Shown here one piece after another: positions 1 through 8,515 of a DNA stretch of 64,000 nt; positions within the stretch are counted from its first letter, which is position 1; every line of letters starts with the position of its first letter. Under the pieces are notes generated by a model. It was not told where the DNA came from. It was given only the letters and a program-made list of their open reading frames with translations, and did no database searches. A program made the position numbers and the translations under genes. Source of the DNA: Tubiluchus corallicola (Eukaryota > Animalia > Priapulida); NCBI GenBank assembly GCA_030141605.1, contig JAQGDQ010002410.1:6125-70124 (forward strand), written 5' to 3'.

Positions 1-126
1 AGGACAAGACAGTTTTCATAATTTTATGTTTTGAGGGTTTGGCACTTTCTACGTTGTATTTACGTTGCAAATGGGTATTTAGGTATAAAGATACTAAAAA
101 TAATCTACATTCTTACAATAGGCTAT

Positions 127-441
127 TTATTTACCTTCTACTATGGCTATTTCCTCTTGGGTGAGATTGTATAGCTTATATACCATAGTGTCTATTTCTT
201 TTTCTAAGGTGGTGGTATCTTGCCCTTGTTCTTTGGCTTGTAGTATTGCCTCTACCTTGTCTATATACGGTTGTTGCTCGGTGGAGATGAGTTGGGGAAT
301 GGGAATATTTTCTACATATTGGTTAGACAGTCTATAACCAGTACTTCCATATTGATGAACATTTTTATCTACCCAATAATTGACAACTTTGGAATTTAAA
401 ATAGATGTAATAAACCGTCCTTCACTTTTTTCATAATTAGA
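127..441 (-). pseudogene. Frameshifted C-terminal (TaqI_C-like) part of the type IIG enzyme
   Basis: My translation: SNYEKSEGRFITSILNSKVVNYW...VENIPIPQ...LEKEIDTMVYKLYNLTQEEIAIVEGK*, the typical C-terminus of this family, in a different frame from 437..3868. Confidence 0.85.
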
Positions 442-3400
442 TAAAAGCCATACTATCTAAAATATATTCATTAGGAGGAGACAAACAAAAAGTAGGTTCT
501 TGTGTAATTCTTTGCCACACAATCTTCTCCTTTTCAAACTCGGGGTAGTAGGTAGCTGCACACCTTTGCAGTGCATACCATTCATAACGTATTCCTGTTT
601 CAGCCTTGTTTCTTTTACTTAGTTTTTCTTTGTGCTGGAGTAAGTGGTTGTATATAGCTGGATATTGTTTTCCAAATTCTTTTTCTGCCTTTTCACTTGC
701 CCCTTGTATAGTGCTATCCTTATGCAAGGGGAAATGCCAAGGAACAAATATCAACCACAAGTCAGCAAATTGAGCTTGGTATTTTTTGATGTCTCTACCT
801 CTTAGTATGGGTTTTAGTATTTCTGCACTTTGGGGGTCTTGGGCTATGAGGTCGTCTTTCTTTGCCCCGTCTATGATAAAGGCTTCGTTATAACCTGTTA
901 ATACTCCTCTATATATATTTATGTCCCAGTCTTTTAGGGGTGTGCCTATGTGTTCTATTTTGGTTTTTATAGCTTGTTCTATGGGGCTTAGTATTGTCCA
1001 CGAGTTACCATCGGTGGGTGGGGTAAGTTTTATGCTATGCTCTTTTACATAATTTTGTAATGCTTGTACATTGGCAGGCGGTTTTTGTAGGGTGCAAGCT
1101 GTTAAGGGTTTTATATGGGTGTTTTCTGCTGCTGTTTTTTCAAAACTCAATATATTGGTATCTACAGTAGCCGTGTCAAATACATTAGCCCCGAGGTCTA
1201 TCAATTGCAAGGGTTGTGTATAGGTAGCAAGGTAGGTACGTAAAGCCTTGCCATAGCCTGCCCGCATCCACTTGTTACTGGTAATGTATGATAGTACTCC
1301 TTTAGGTTTCAATACTTGGTTGCCTCTCTCATAAAACAGTTGGTATATATCACCCATACGTGCAAAGGTTTGGTAGTTCATAGGCTTAAACTGGTTTGCC
1401 AATGCTCCTCCGTCCTTTTGTAGTTGTATATACGGTGGGTTGCCTATTACGGCATCAAAGCCTACAAAGTCGCCTTTATCGTCCAACACTTCGGGGAACT
1501 CAAACCTCCATTCAAATGCTCCCTTGTATTTGTTTTGCAATGCTGTTTTAAGGTTGTTTATATCCCGTTGCAATTGGTTGAGGGCTTCGCCTTCTTTTTC
1601 TGTAAAAGTCCCTATCAAGCTGTTTTGTTTTTGTAGTAGGTCGGTTAATGCTCCTTTCTTTTTCTGTAGTTTTTGGTAGTCGGGGTCTGTAGGGTTGATA
1701 AGGGTTTCAAACTGTTCTTTTAAACCTTCTATCTCCTTGCGGGCTTGGTCTCGGGTGGCTTTGTCATCAGTCATTTTGTAGAGAAATACTTGGTCTTTGT
1801 ATTTTTCTGTGGCTCTTCTTATCCGTTGTGCATAGGCTGGTTGTAAGTCTCCTGTTTTTTGGTCTATTCCAAAACGGCTTATCAGCGAGTTGCCTTGTTT
1901 TATGTTAATATCTATGTTAGGTAAGGTTTCCAGTTCTTTAGCTTCTTTGTCTTTGTAGTAAGCATTTTTAAGTAATTCAATCCACAATCTTAGCCTACAT
2001 ATATTTACAGAATTAGGGTTTAAATCTACTCCAAACAAGCAGTTTTCTATTAAGGTGCGTTTCTCCTCAAAAAGGGTTTTTTGTACTCTTTGGCTTTCTT
2101 TACTGTGTGGGTGGTAGGTGTATTCTTTGCCGTTTTCGTCTTTTATGTATAGCTCATCGTTCCATATCTCTATATCGTAGTACTTGATGGTTGCTCCCTT
2201 TTCATCTATTAGTATATTTAGTTGTCTTTTTATGTATATGAGTTCGTTAAGTGCAGAAACTAAGAAGTGTCCCGAGCCTACTGCTGGGTCGCATATCCGC
2301 AGACTGTTAAATATTTCGTTTGCCTCTTTTATGTCTTCTATCTTATTTCGTAAGTCTACAAGGGTTTTGCACGTCCACCCCTTAGCTTCGTTAAACTTTT
2401 GTATTACTGTACGTTGTAGGATTTCTCTACACATATACATAGTAATAAAACTGGGTGTAAAGAATGAGCCGTCTTTATAGCCGTTTATTTTCTCAAAGAT
2501 AAGTCCCAAAACGGAGGCGTTGATAAGGGTTTTATCGGTGTGTGTAGCCTCTATAGAATAACCAAAGTTGTAAGAGGCGAGGAAGCTAAAAAGATAGTCT
2601 AAACCTTTGTGTGGGGTGTCTTTGTCTTGGGTGAGTATGGTATGAGTAAAGGGTGTGATGGTTTTGTTGTCGTGCAGGTTGTTTATGGTGGTGCTACTAT
2701 CTTTTTCTAAAATAGAAGTTTCAAATAAAGAGGAGTTGAGGTAAGGCACATAGGGGTATCTGGTTTGTAGGGTATTGCTTCTATCTTGGAAAGGTTTGTT
2801 GAGTACACTAAAAAACAGTTCGTTAAGGTCGTTATAGTCTTGTATCTTTTTTGTGTTGAAAAATGAATATGCTGTGTCTCCCTTATGGTAAGAAAGTAGT
2901 TGAGCCTCTAAGAGTTTGAGAAACAATACACGGTTTACCCACGTTATAGTAAGTTGTAGGGCTATGGTATAGGTTTGCTCTTTGGGAGTGTCTCCGTATT
3001 CTTTGAGATTGAACCCAGAGGAATAGGGGTCGTTTTCTAATTGACTTATTGCATTTTCCAGTAGTGAGCCGTCTTGTCTATTATTCTCTATTCTACGTAT
3101 CAGGGTTTTGCCTTTGTCAGTGTATTCCTCCAAACCCATTAAGTAAAGTAGCTCCTCGTAAAATTCTTTGTTGATGGTATTAGCATCGGTGGGTAAGTCC
3201 TTTTTGAGTAAAAAGTAAGGAGAAAGTATTTTGTAAAGTGTATCGGGGTTGGGGTCGTTTATATTGAAGTGGGTAAAGGTAATTTCTTTATCAGTGTTCC
3301 CTACAAAGGTTTGTGCTATTTCTTTATAAAAATAATCGGTGTTTTTGCTTGTTTTTTGTCCCTTCTCAAATTCTTTGAAGTCTTTAAGTAATTTCGTATC

Positions 3401-3868
3401 TCTGTAAAATAGCTTGTCAAACTCTAAGGCATCAATAATGTAAAAGTTGATATAGTCTGTTATGATAAAGTTTTTTAGGTTTTGGCTACCTTCTTTTTTG
3501 TGCCTTTCTCTAAGGTAGTAGAGTATAAGCTCGTGTAGGGCTTTGGTATTTAGGTTGTCGGGGGTAGGCATCTCCCTACTATCAGGTTTTTTAGTCTCTA
3601 TCATTACCTCTACAGAACTTTTAGCCTTGTTACTATGTATGACAAGGTCGGTGCGTTTGTAGGTGTTAATATGGTTGTTTTGGTAGAAAGTAGTATCTAA
3701 AAAATTGGTAAGAATGTTTTTGTTGTGTTCCTCCGTTTCTTTGGGGTTGATACTGTCTTTAAAGGTGTTTAATGCAGTGGTGAAGTTTTGTAAGTCTTCT
3801 TTGGGTATAGGTAGCTTTGATAGCTTGCCTTTTAAACTGTCGTCTATGTTTTTAGGGTTATGTTGCAT
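437..3868 (-). CDS. Type IIG restriction-modification enzyme (fused endonuclease/N6-adenine methyltransferase, Eco57I/Cj0031-like), main frame; truncated by a frameshift
   Basis: N-terminal PD-(D/E)xK-like RTDLVIH...VMIETKKP, SAM-binding DPAVGSGHF, catalytic GNPPY, TRD region with LRGRDIKKY and EKEKIVW; ends abruptly at DSMAFI*. Confidence 0.9.
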   Translation of the reverse strand: MQHNPKNIDDSLKGKLSKLPIPKEDLQNFTTALNTFKDSINPKETEEHNKNILTNFLDTTFYQNNHINTYKRTDLVIHSNKAKSSVEVMIETKKPDSREMPTPDNLNTKALHELILYYLRERHKKEGSQNLKNFIITDYINFYIIDALEFDKLFYRDTKLLKDFKEFEKGQKTSKNTDYFYKEIAQTFVGNTDKEITFTHFNINDPNPDTLYKILSPYFLLKKDLPTDANTINKEFYEELLYLMGLEEYTDKGKTLIRRIENNRQDGSLLENAISQLENDPYSSGFNLKEYGDTPKEQTYTIALQLTITWVNRVLFLKLLEAQLLSYHKGDTAYSFFNTKKIQDYNDLNELFFSVLNKPFQDRSNTLQTRYPYVPYLNSSLFETSILEKDSSTTINNLHDNKTITPFTHTILTQDKDTPHKGLDYLFSFLASYNFGYSIEATHTDKTLINASVLGLIFEKINGYKDGSFFTPSFITMYMCREILQRTVIQKFNEAKGWTCKTLVDLRNKIEDIKEANEIFNSLRICDPAVGSGHFLVSALNELIYIKRQLNILIDEKGATIKYYDIEIWNDELYIKDENGKEYTYHPHSKESQRVQKTLFEEKRTLIENCLFGVDLNPNSVNICRLRLWIELLKNAYYKDKEAKELETLPNIDINIKQGNSLISRFGIDQKTGDLQPAYAQRIRRATEKYKDQVFLYKMTDDKATRDQARKEIEGLKEQFETLINPTDPDYQKLQKKKGALTDLLQKQNSLIGTFTEKEGEALNQLQRDINNLKTALQNKYKGAFEWRFEFPEVLDDKGDFVGFDAVIGNPPYIQLQKDGGALANQFKPMNYQTFARMGDIYQLFYERGNQVLKPKGVLSYITSNKWMRAGYGKALRTYLATYTQPLQLIDLGANVFDTATVDTNILSFEKTAAENTHIKPLTACTLQKPPANVQALQNYVKEHSIKLTPPTDGNSWTILSPIEQAIKTKIEHIGTPLKDWDINIYRGVLTGYNEAFIIDGAKKDDLIAQDPQSAEILKPILRGRDIKKYQAQFADLWLIFVPWHFPLHKDSTIQGASEKAEKEFGKQYPAIYNHLLQHKEKLSKRNKAETGIRYEWYALQRCAATYYPEFEKEKIVWQRITQEPTFCLSPPNEYILDSMAFI

Positions 3869-3922
3869 TTAAGAAACAAGATAATAAATTTTGGGTAAAA
3901 ATAATATAAAATCCTTACATAT

Positions 3923-4144
3923 TTATTCCTTTTTTACCCTTTTGTATAGTTGTAATAAGTATTGAGTATCAGGGGTAAAAAGTTGTGTTACTTCCTCCGT
4001 GTTTAAGTGGTAGTTTTTTATTAAATAAGCCATTATAAGACCTTGTAATGGCTGGGTAGATATACAATGTTCCTGTAGTTTCAATACAAGTTCTAAACTA
4101 TCTACAATAGTATCTATACGGTTTACTTCTTTATTTAGGTTCAT
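3923..4144 (-). CDS. Hypothetical protein (73 aa)
   Basis: ORF co-oriented with and just upstream of the RM gene; no recognised motif. Confidence 0.5.
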   Translation of the reverse strand: MNLNKEVNRIDTIVDSLELVLKLQEHCISTQPLQGLIMAYLIKNYHLNTEEVTQLFTPDTQYLLQLYKRVKKE

Positions 4145-4165
4145 AACTAATTAAGATTTTAGGGT

Positions 4166-4384
4166 TTATTGTTTCTTTTTGTTTGCTTCTATATCTTTTA
4201 AGATTTGTTTTGTAAGAAGGGTAGCAAGGTTGTCTATATGTAGTTTGTAAATATCTTTGAGTTGGTTAAGGTATTTTTGCGTATTAGCATCTTGGGAGAG
4301 GTTAATACAGTGGTTAAGCTCTTCAATCTGCACATATAGAAATTTAATGAAAGGGTGAGCGGGTGGGGTATGTTCTTTTTTCAT
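4166..4384 (-). CDS. Hypothetical protein (72 aa; likely start MKKEHTPP at 4384)
   Basis: The ORF-track extension to 4507 runs into a palindromic repeat, so the internal ATG is preferred. Confidence 0.45.
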   Translation of the reverse strand: MKKEHTPPAHPFIKFLYVQIEELNHCINLSQDANTQKYLNQLKDIYKLHIDNLATLLTKQILKDIEANKKKQ

Positions 4385-4472
4385 AAGTAGAGTATGTTTT
4401 AATTTACTCTCCCCCAGTTCCAAAGAAGGTAATAGTTTAAAGTATAGACAAAAAATAAGCAAGGAACTGTAA

Positions 4473-4587
4473 CTTATTCGTTTTAGAGGCTCTGAGAAGC
4501 CTTGCATCCAAATAAATACAGCCCTTGCTATACTTACTATTCTTGGATGCTTAAAAATTTCTCAGATTTCTAAAACAAGAATATAAG
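4473..4587. repeat. Long imperfect palindromic element
   Basis: Left arm ttttagaggctctgagaagccttgcatccaaata pairs imperfectly with right arm tattcttggatgcttaaaaatttctcagatttctaaaa around a central cagcccttgctata. Confidence 0.65.
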
Positions 4588-4713
4588 CTATTGCTTATTA
4601 TGTTATTTTAAATGATGTTAATAGTGTTTTAAGCCATAGTTTTTTGCTTTGTTTGCTATAATGTTTAAATAAATATAGTAAATAAGAGTAATATTAAAAC
4701 CTCAAATAAAAAA

Positions 4714-5097
4714 CTATACCCACCCTCTTTCTTCATACAACTTATAGCCTATTTTCAAGGCATTGGCAATTTGCTTTTCTAAGATATCGTCCAAATTGCG
4801 AATGTGAAAACACGACTTGCCTTTCAACAATTTAAGAAGCTCTGACTGAAATACCTCTTTCAAGGAAACATCGGCATAAACAGGCATATAATAAAACCCC
4901 ACATAATGGCTCTGTATGATAAGCCCAGCAAAATACATTTCTTTGCGTTTCCTTCCCTCAACTACCAAATCCTTAAAAGACCACAAATCGTACTTACTAT
5001 CAAGGTCAAACTTAGGCTGCAAAACACCCTCATACTTTTTCAACAATTCTTTGAGCCTATTAAAAATAACAATAAGCTTTTCTTGTTCTTCTTGCAT
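4714..5097 (-). CDS. DUF1801-like small protein
   Basis: YFAGLIIQSHYVGFYYMPVY and LLKLLKGKSCFHI resemble the Bacteroidota DUF1801-type family; immediately downstream of ftsY. Confidence 0.6.
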   Translation of the reverse strand: MQEEQEKLIVIFNRLKELLKKYEGVLQPKFDLDSKYDLWSFKDLVVEGRKRKEMYFAGLIIQSHYVGFYYMPVYADVSLKEVFQSELLKLLKGKSCFHIRNLDDILEKQIANALKIGYKLYEERGWV

Positions 5098-5105
5098 AGC
5101 TTTTT

Positions 5106-6089
5106 TTAATTAAACAAAGTGTTTACAAATTTCTTTCTATCAAACATTTGCAAATCCTCCATACCTTCACCCACACCTATGTACTTCACAGGAATTTTAA
5201 ACTGGTCGCTTACACCAATTACAACACCACCCTTGGCCGTACCATCCAATTTTGTTATTGCCAAAGCATTCACCTCCGTAGCCTTAGTAAACTGTTTTGC
5301 CTGCTCAAAAGCGTTTTGCCCCGTAGAACCATCTAATACCAACAGTACTTCATTAGGAGCATTGGGCAGTACTTTTTTCATCACTTGTTTTACTTTGGTC
5401 AGTTCGTTCATCAAATTTACTTTATTATGTAGCCTTCCTGCTGTATCAATTATCACCACATCAGTATTGTTATTTTTTGCTGATGACAAAGTATCAAAAG
5501 CCACAGAAGCAGGGTCTGAACCCATTTTTTGTTTTACAATAGGTACCCCAACTCTATCTGACCATATAGTAATTTGTTCTACGGCTGCAGCACGAAAGGT
5601 ATCTGCGGCACCTAAAAGTACTGATTTTCCAGCTTTTTTAAAATTATATGCCAACTTGCCAATAGTAGTTGTTTTGCCCACGCCATTTACTCCTACAACC
5701 ATTATTACATAAGGAGTTTCGGACAACGACATATCAAAATTAATATCTTGGCTCTTGTTTTCTTCCAAAAGACTAACTATTTCTTCTTTCAATGTAGCAT
5801 TCAATTCATCAGAAGTCAAATATTTATCTTTACTAACCTTCTTCTCAATTCTTTCAATAATTTTTATAGTTGTATCCACCCCTACATCAGAAGCAATAAG
5901 CACCTCCTCCAGCCTGTCCAAGACCTCTTCATCTATTTTCGACTTACCCACCACTACACGTGCTAACCTTTTCAGTACACTTTCTTTTGTTTTACTAAGT
6001 CCCTGCTCAAGTTTATCCTTTTCTGCCCTATTAGCATCAAATGCATTTTCACCTTTTTTCTTTCTTGAGAAAACATTTAAAACTCCCAT
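5106..6089 (-). CDS. ftsY: Signal recognition particle receptor FtsY
   Basis: GVNGVGKTTTIGKLA, DTFRAAA, DTAGRLH and TKLDGTAKGG motifs. Confidence 0.98.
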   Translation of the reverse strand: MGVLNVFSRKKKGENAFDANRAEKDKLEQGLSKTKESVLKRLARVVVGKSKIDEEVLDRLEEVLIASDVGVDTTIKIIERIEKKVSKDKYLTSDELNATLKEEIVSLLEENKSQDINFDMSLSETPYVIMVVGVNGVGKTTTIGKLAYNFKKAGKSVLLGAADTFRAAAVEQITIWSDRVGVPIVKQKMGSDPASVAFDTLSSAKNNNTDVVIIDTAGRLHNKVNLMNELTKVKQVMKKVLPNAPNEVLLVLDGSTGQNAFEQAKQFTKATEVNALAITKLDGTAKGGVVIGVSDQFKIPVKYIGVGEGMEDLQMFDRKKFVNTLFN

Positions 6090-6186
6090 TATACTTTATT
6101 TTTCTGAAAATAAAAAAGACCTTCTTTTTGCATTACCAAAGAAAGCCTTTCTACTATATTGTTATTAATCCGAATGCTATTTAATG

Positions 6187-6357
6187 CTAAGACATTTTAT
6201 TTTTCCCCTTTGCGAAATATTCTTTTACCTCTTCCAAAGGTATCATTTCTTCTTTGTAAGAATAATTTCCTTCTTTTTCAGATTTCATAAGTTTAAATAT
6301 CTTTGCAAAGCCTCGTCCTCCTTTCTTTTGTAGAGTAGCAACAACTTTCTTAGCCAT
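6187..6357 (-). CDS. DUF4295 family small protein (56 aa, not in ORF track)
   Basis: My translation MAKKVVATLQKKGGRGFAKIFKLMKSEKEGNYSYKEEMIPLEEVKEYFAKGKNKMS*; occupies the usual Bacteroidota position between rpmG and ftsY. Confidence 0.9.
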   Translation of the reverse strand: MAKKVVATLQKKGGRGFAKIFKLMKSEKEGNYSYKEEMIPLEEVKEYFAKGKNKMS

Positions 6358-6363
6358 AATCTA

Positions 6364-6546
6364 TTATTTTATTTCTTTGTGAGTAGTCATTTTCCTTAGA
6401 ACGGGGTTGTATTTTTTCAACTCCAAACGACTAGGTGTATTTTTCTTATTTTTAGTGCTAATATACCTTGACATTCCCGGCATACCACTTTTTTTATGTT
6501 CTGTGCATTCTAAAATAACCTGCACTCTGTTTCCTTTCTTTGCCAT
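6364..6546 (-). CDS. rpmG: 50S ribosomal protein L33
   Basis: [18 protein letters not shown]...LELKKYNP...HKEIK. Confidence 0.98.
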   Translation of the reverse strand: MAKKGNRVQVILECTEHKKSGMPGMSRYISTKNKKNTPSRLELKKYNPVLRKMTTHKEIK

Positions 6547-6561
6547 ATTTTATTATAGGAA

Positions 6562-6804
6562 TTAATAGTTGTTGATAAATCCTTTTACTTTTGCTTCCTT
6601 CAAGCAAACATTTAGTCCTTTTTTATTTATGTTTCTAATACCCGCCGCACTTACTCTAATTTTTATCCATCTATCTTCTTCTGGCAGGTAAAACCTTTTA
6701 TCAAATAAATTGACTTCAAATCTTCTTTTGGTTTTTTTATGAGAGTGAGAAACATTGTTCCCTGTCATTGCTTTCTTTCCCGTTATCTGACAAACTCTTA
6801 ACAT
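6562..6804 (-). CDS. rpmB: 50S ribosomal protein L28
   Basis: RVCQITGKK...GNNVSHS..KTKRRF. Confidence 0.98.
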   Translation of the reverse strand: MLRVCQITGKKAMTGNNVSHSHKKTKRRFEVNLFDKRFYLPEEDRWIKIRVSAAGIRNINKKGLNVCLKEAKVKGFINNY

Positions 6805-6877
6805 CCTTATCCAATTTTATATTAATAGCAAAATATTTTGCAAATATCTATAATTTATTCCAATTTTCAAAATAAAA

Positions 6878-7921
6878 CTAAGAATTCTTTTCCAATTCCT
6901 CTACCTTTTTTTCTAATTCTAAAATTTTATTATTCAGCATAGGCAGCTTCCTATAAAAGAAATACAATCTTTTATAATCATTTGCAGATATTGCAGGAGA
7001 TCCCAGCATTGTCTGTCCCTCTTTCATTATCCGAGAAGTTACTCCCGACTGAGCACTTATTTTTGTTTTATTAGCGATATTCACATGACCAGTAACACCC
7101 ACCTGCCCACCAAACATACAACTATTCCCTATTTTCGTTGAGCCAGCAATACCCACCTGAGCAGCAAATACTGTGTTTTCGCCTATTTCTACATTGTGAG
7201 CCACCTGAATAAGATTGTCCAATTTAGCCCCTTTCTTAATAATGGTAGAACCCATAGTAGCCCTATCCACTGTTGTATTAGCGCCCAACTCCACATTGTC
7301 CTCTATCACTACATCACCTATTTGAGGTATTTTTTTATAAATACCCGTCTTTTCGTCAGAGGCAAACCCAAAACCATCGGCCCCAACTACAGCACCCGAA
7401 TGCAAAATACAATTTTCACCTACTTTACAATTTTCATAAATATTTACCCCAGAATAAAGTATAGTGCCTTTTCCCACCTGTACATTATCACCTACATATG
7501 TATGCGGATATATTTTAACACCTTTGCCTATCTTCGCACCTTTACCCACATAAGAAAAAGCTCCCACATACACCTCTTCCCCTATATCTGCCGCAGGATC
7601 TACAAAAGAAAGCTCTTCCACTCCCACTTTTTTCTCTTTTGCCTCTTCATATAAATCAAGCAACGAAGCAAAAGATTTATAGGCATCTTTCACTCTTATT
7701 AAAGTAGGTTTTATCTCTTTCTCTAAATGAAAATCATCATTAACTAACACAATAGAAGACTTCGTTTCATACAGATAAGAGCTATACTTAATGTTAGAAA
7801 GAAAAGAAAGAGTATTAGCTTTACCTTCCTCTATTTTTGACACATTATTTACTTTTACATCCTTGTCTCCTTCTATCTTCCCTTCTAAAAAATCCGCAAT
7901 TTGCTCGGCCGAAAATTCCAT
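6878..7921 (-). CDS. lpxD: UDP-3-O-(3-hydroxyacyl)glucosamine N-acyltransferase
   Basis: Hexapeptide repeats, [23 protein letters not shown]. Confidence 0.97.
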   Translation of the reverse strand: MEFSAEQIADFLEGKIEGDKDVKVNNVSKIEEGKANTLSFLSNIKYSSYLYETKSSIVLVNDDFHLEKEIKPTLIRVKDAYKSFASLLDLYEEAKEKKVGVEELSFVDPAADIGEEVYVGAFSYVGKGAKIGKGVKIYPHTYVGDNVQVGKGTILYSGVNIYENCKVGENCILHSGAVVGADGFGFASDEKTGIYKKIPQIGDVVIEDNVELGANTTVDRATMGSTIIKKGAKLDNLIQVAHNVEIGENTVFAAQVGIAGSTKIGNSCMFGGQVGVTGHVNIANKTKISAQSGVTSRIMKEGQTMLGSPAISANDYKRLYFFYRKLPMLNNKILELEKKVEELEKNS

Positions 7922-7941
7922 AAAATCTTATTTTTATAAGG

Positions 7942-7949
7942 CAAAGGTA
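7942..7949 (-). promoter_or_regulatory. Bacteroidota sigmaA -7 element upstream of lpxD
   Basis: TACCTTTG on the minus strand matches TAnnTTTG, 20 nt before the ATG. Confidence 0.65.
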
Positions 7950-8097
7950 ATTTTTTTTATATAAAAAAGAACAATGCATCAATTTCAAGAAACGACTAAC
8001 ACCTTAAATAACAGTAAAACATTTAATCATCTCCTTACAAAAACAAAATTAAATATAAAGTAATGTATCTATATTAAGTATGTTTGTACTAGCTTTA

Positions 8098-8250
8098 GGT
8101 AATGTATTAGGAGTTGGTAAGTAAGCAGTATGTCATACCTGAAAAAGCGAGTATCTTATACGTTTAAGATTTCTGAATTTTGCGATAGCAAAATTCAGAA
8201 ATAACACCAACATTGTTGTATTATTATCTGTTAATTGATAATACATTAAC
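8098..8250 (-). mobile_element. MITE-like repeat, full-length copy A
   Basis: Terminal inverted repeats taatgtatta (8100) / taatacatta (8239-8248); perfect internal hairpin 8169-8202; its reverse complement aligns with the copy at 59751. Confidence 0.8.
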
Positions 8251-8515
8251 AAAAAAAAACTTAACACAAGAACAAAAAAGTTATAAAAACTATTTCAAAT
8301 TATTTAGATAAGCATTTAGCTTGCGATTTTTGCAAAACAATAGATTTTAAAAACTTGTGTAAATGTATATAGCTGTAAAAAACTAATTCAAAAGTTTGCA
8401 ACAAAAAGAATACTGCATTATATTAGCAGCGAAAAATATATTGTAACTTTAATCTTAAAAACTCCATTAATTTCTTTAATTCAAGCATTTTTACAAACTA
8501 TTGAAGATAAGCCTT

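Noticed and set aside
1-19. Possible gene start MKTVLS on the minus strand at the window edge
   Set aside because: Only six codons visible; cannot be supported
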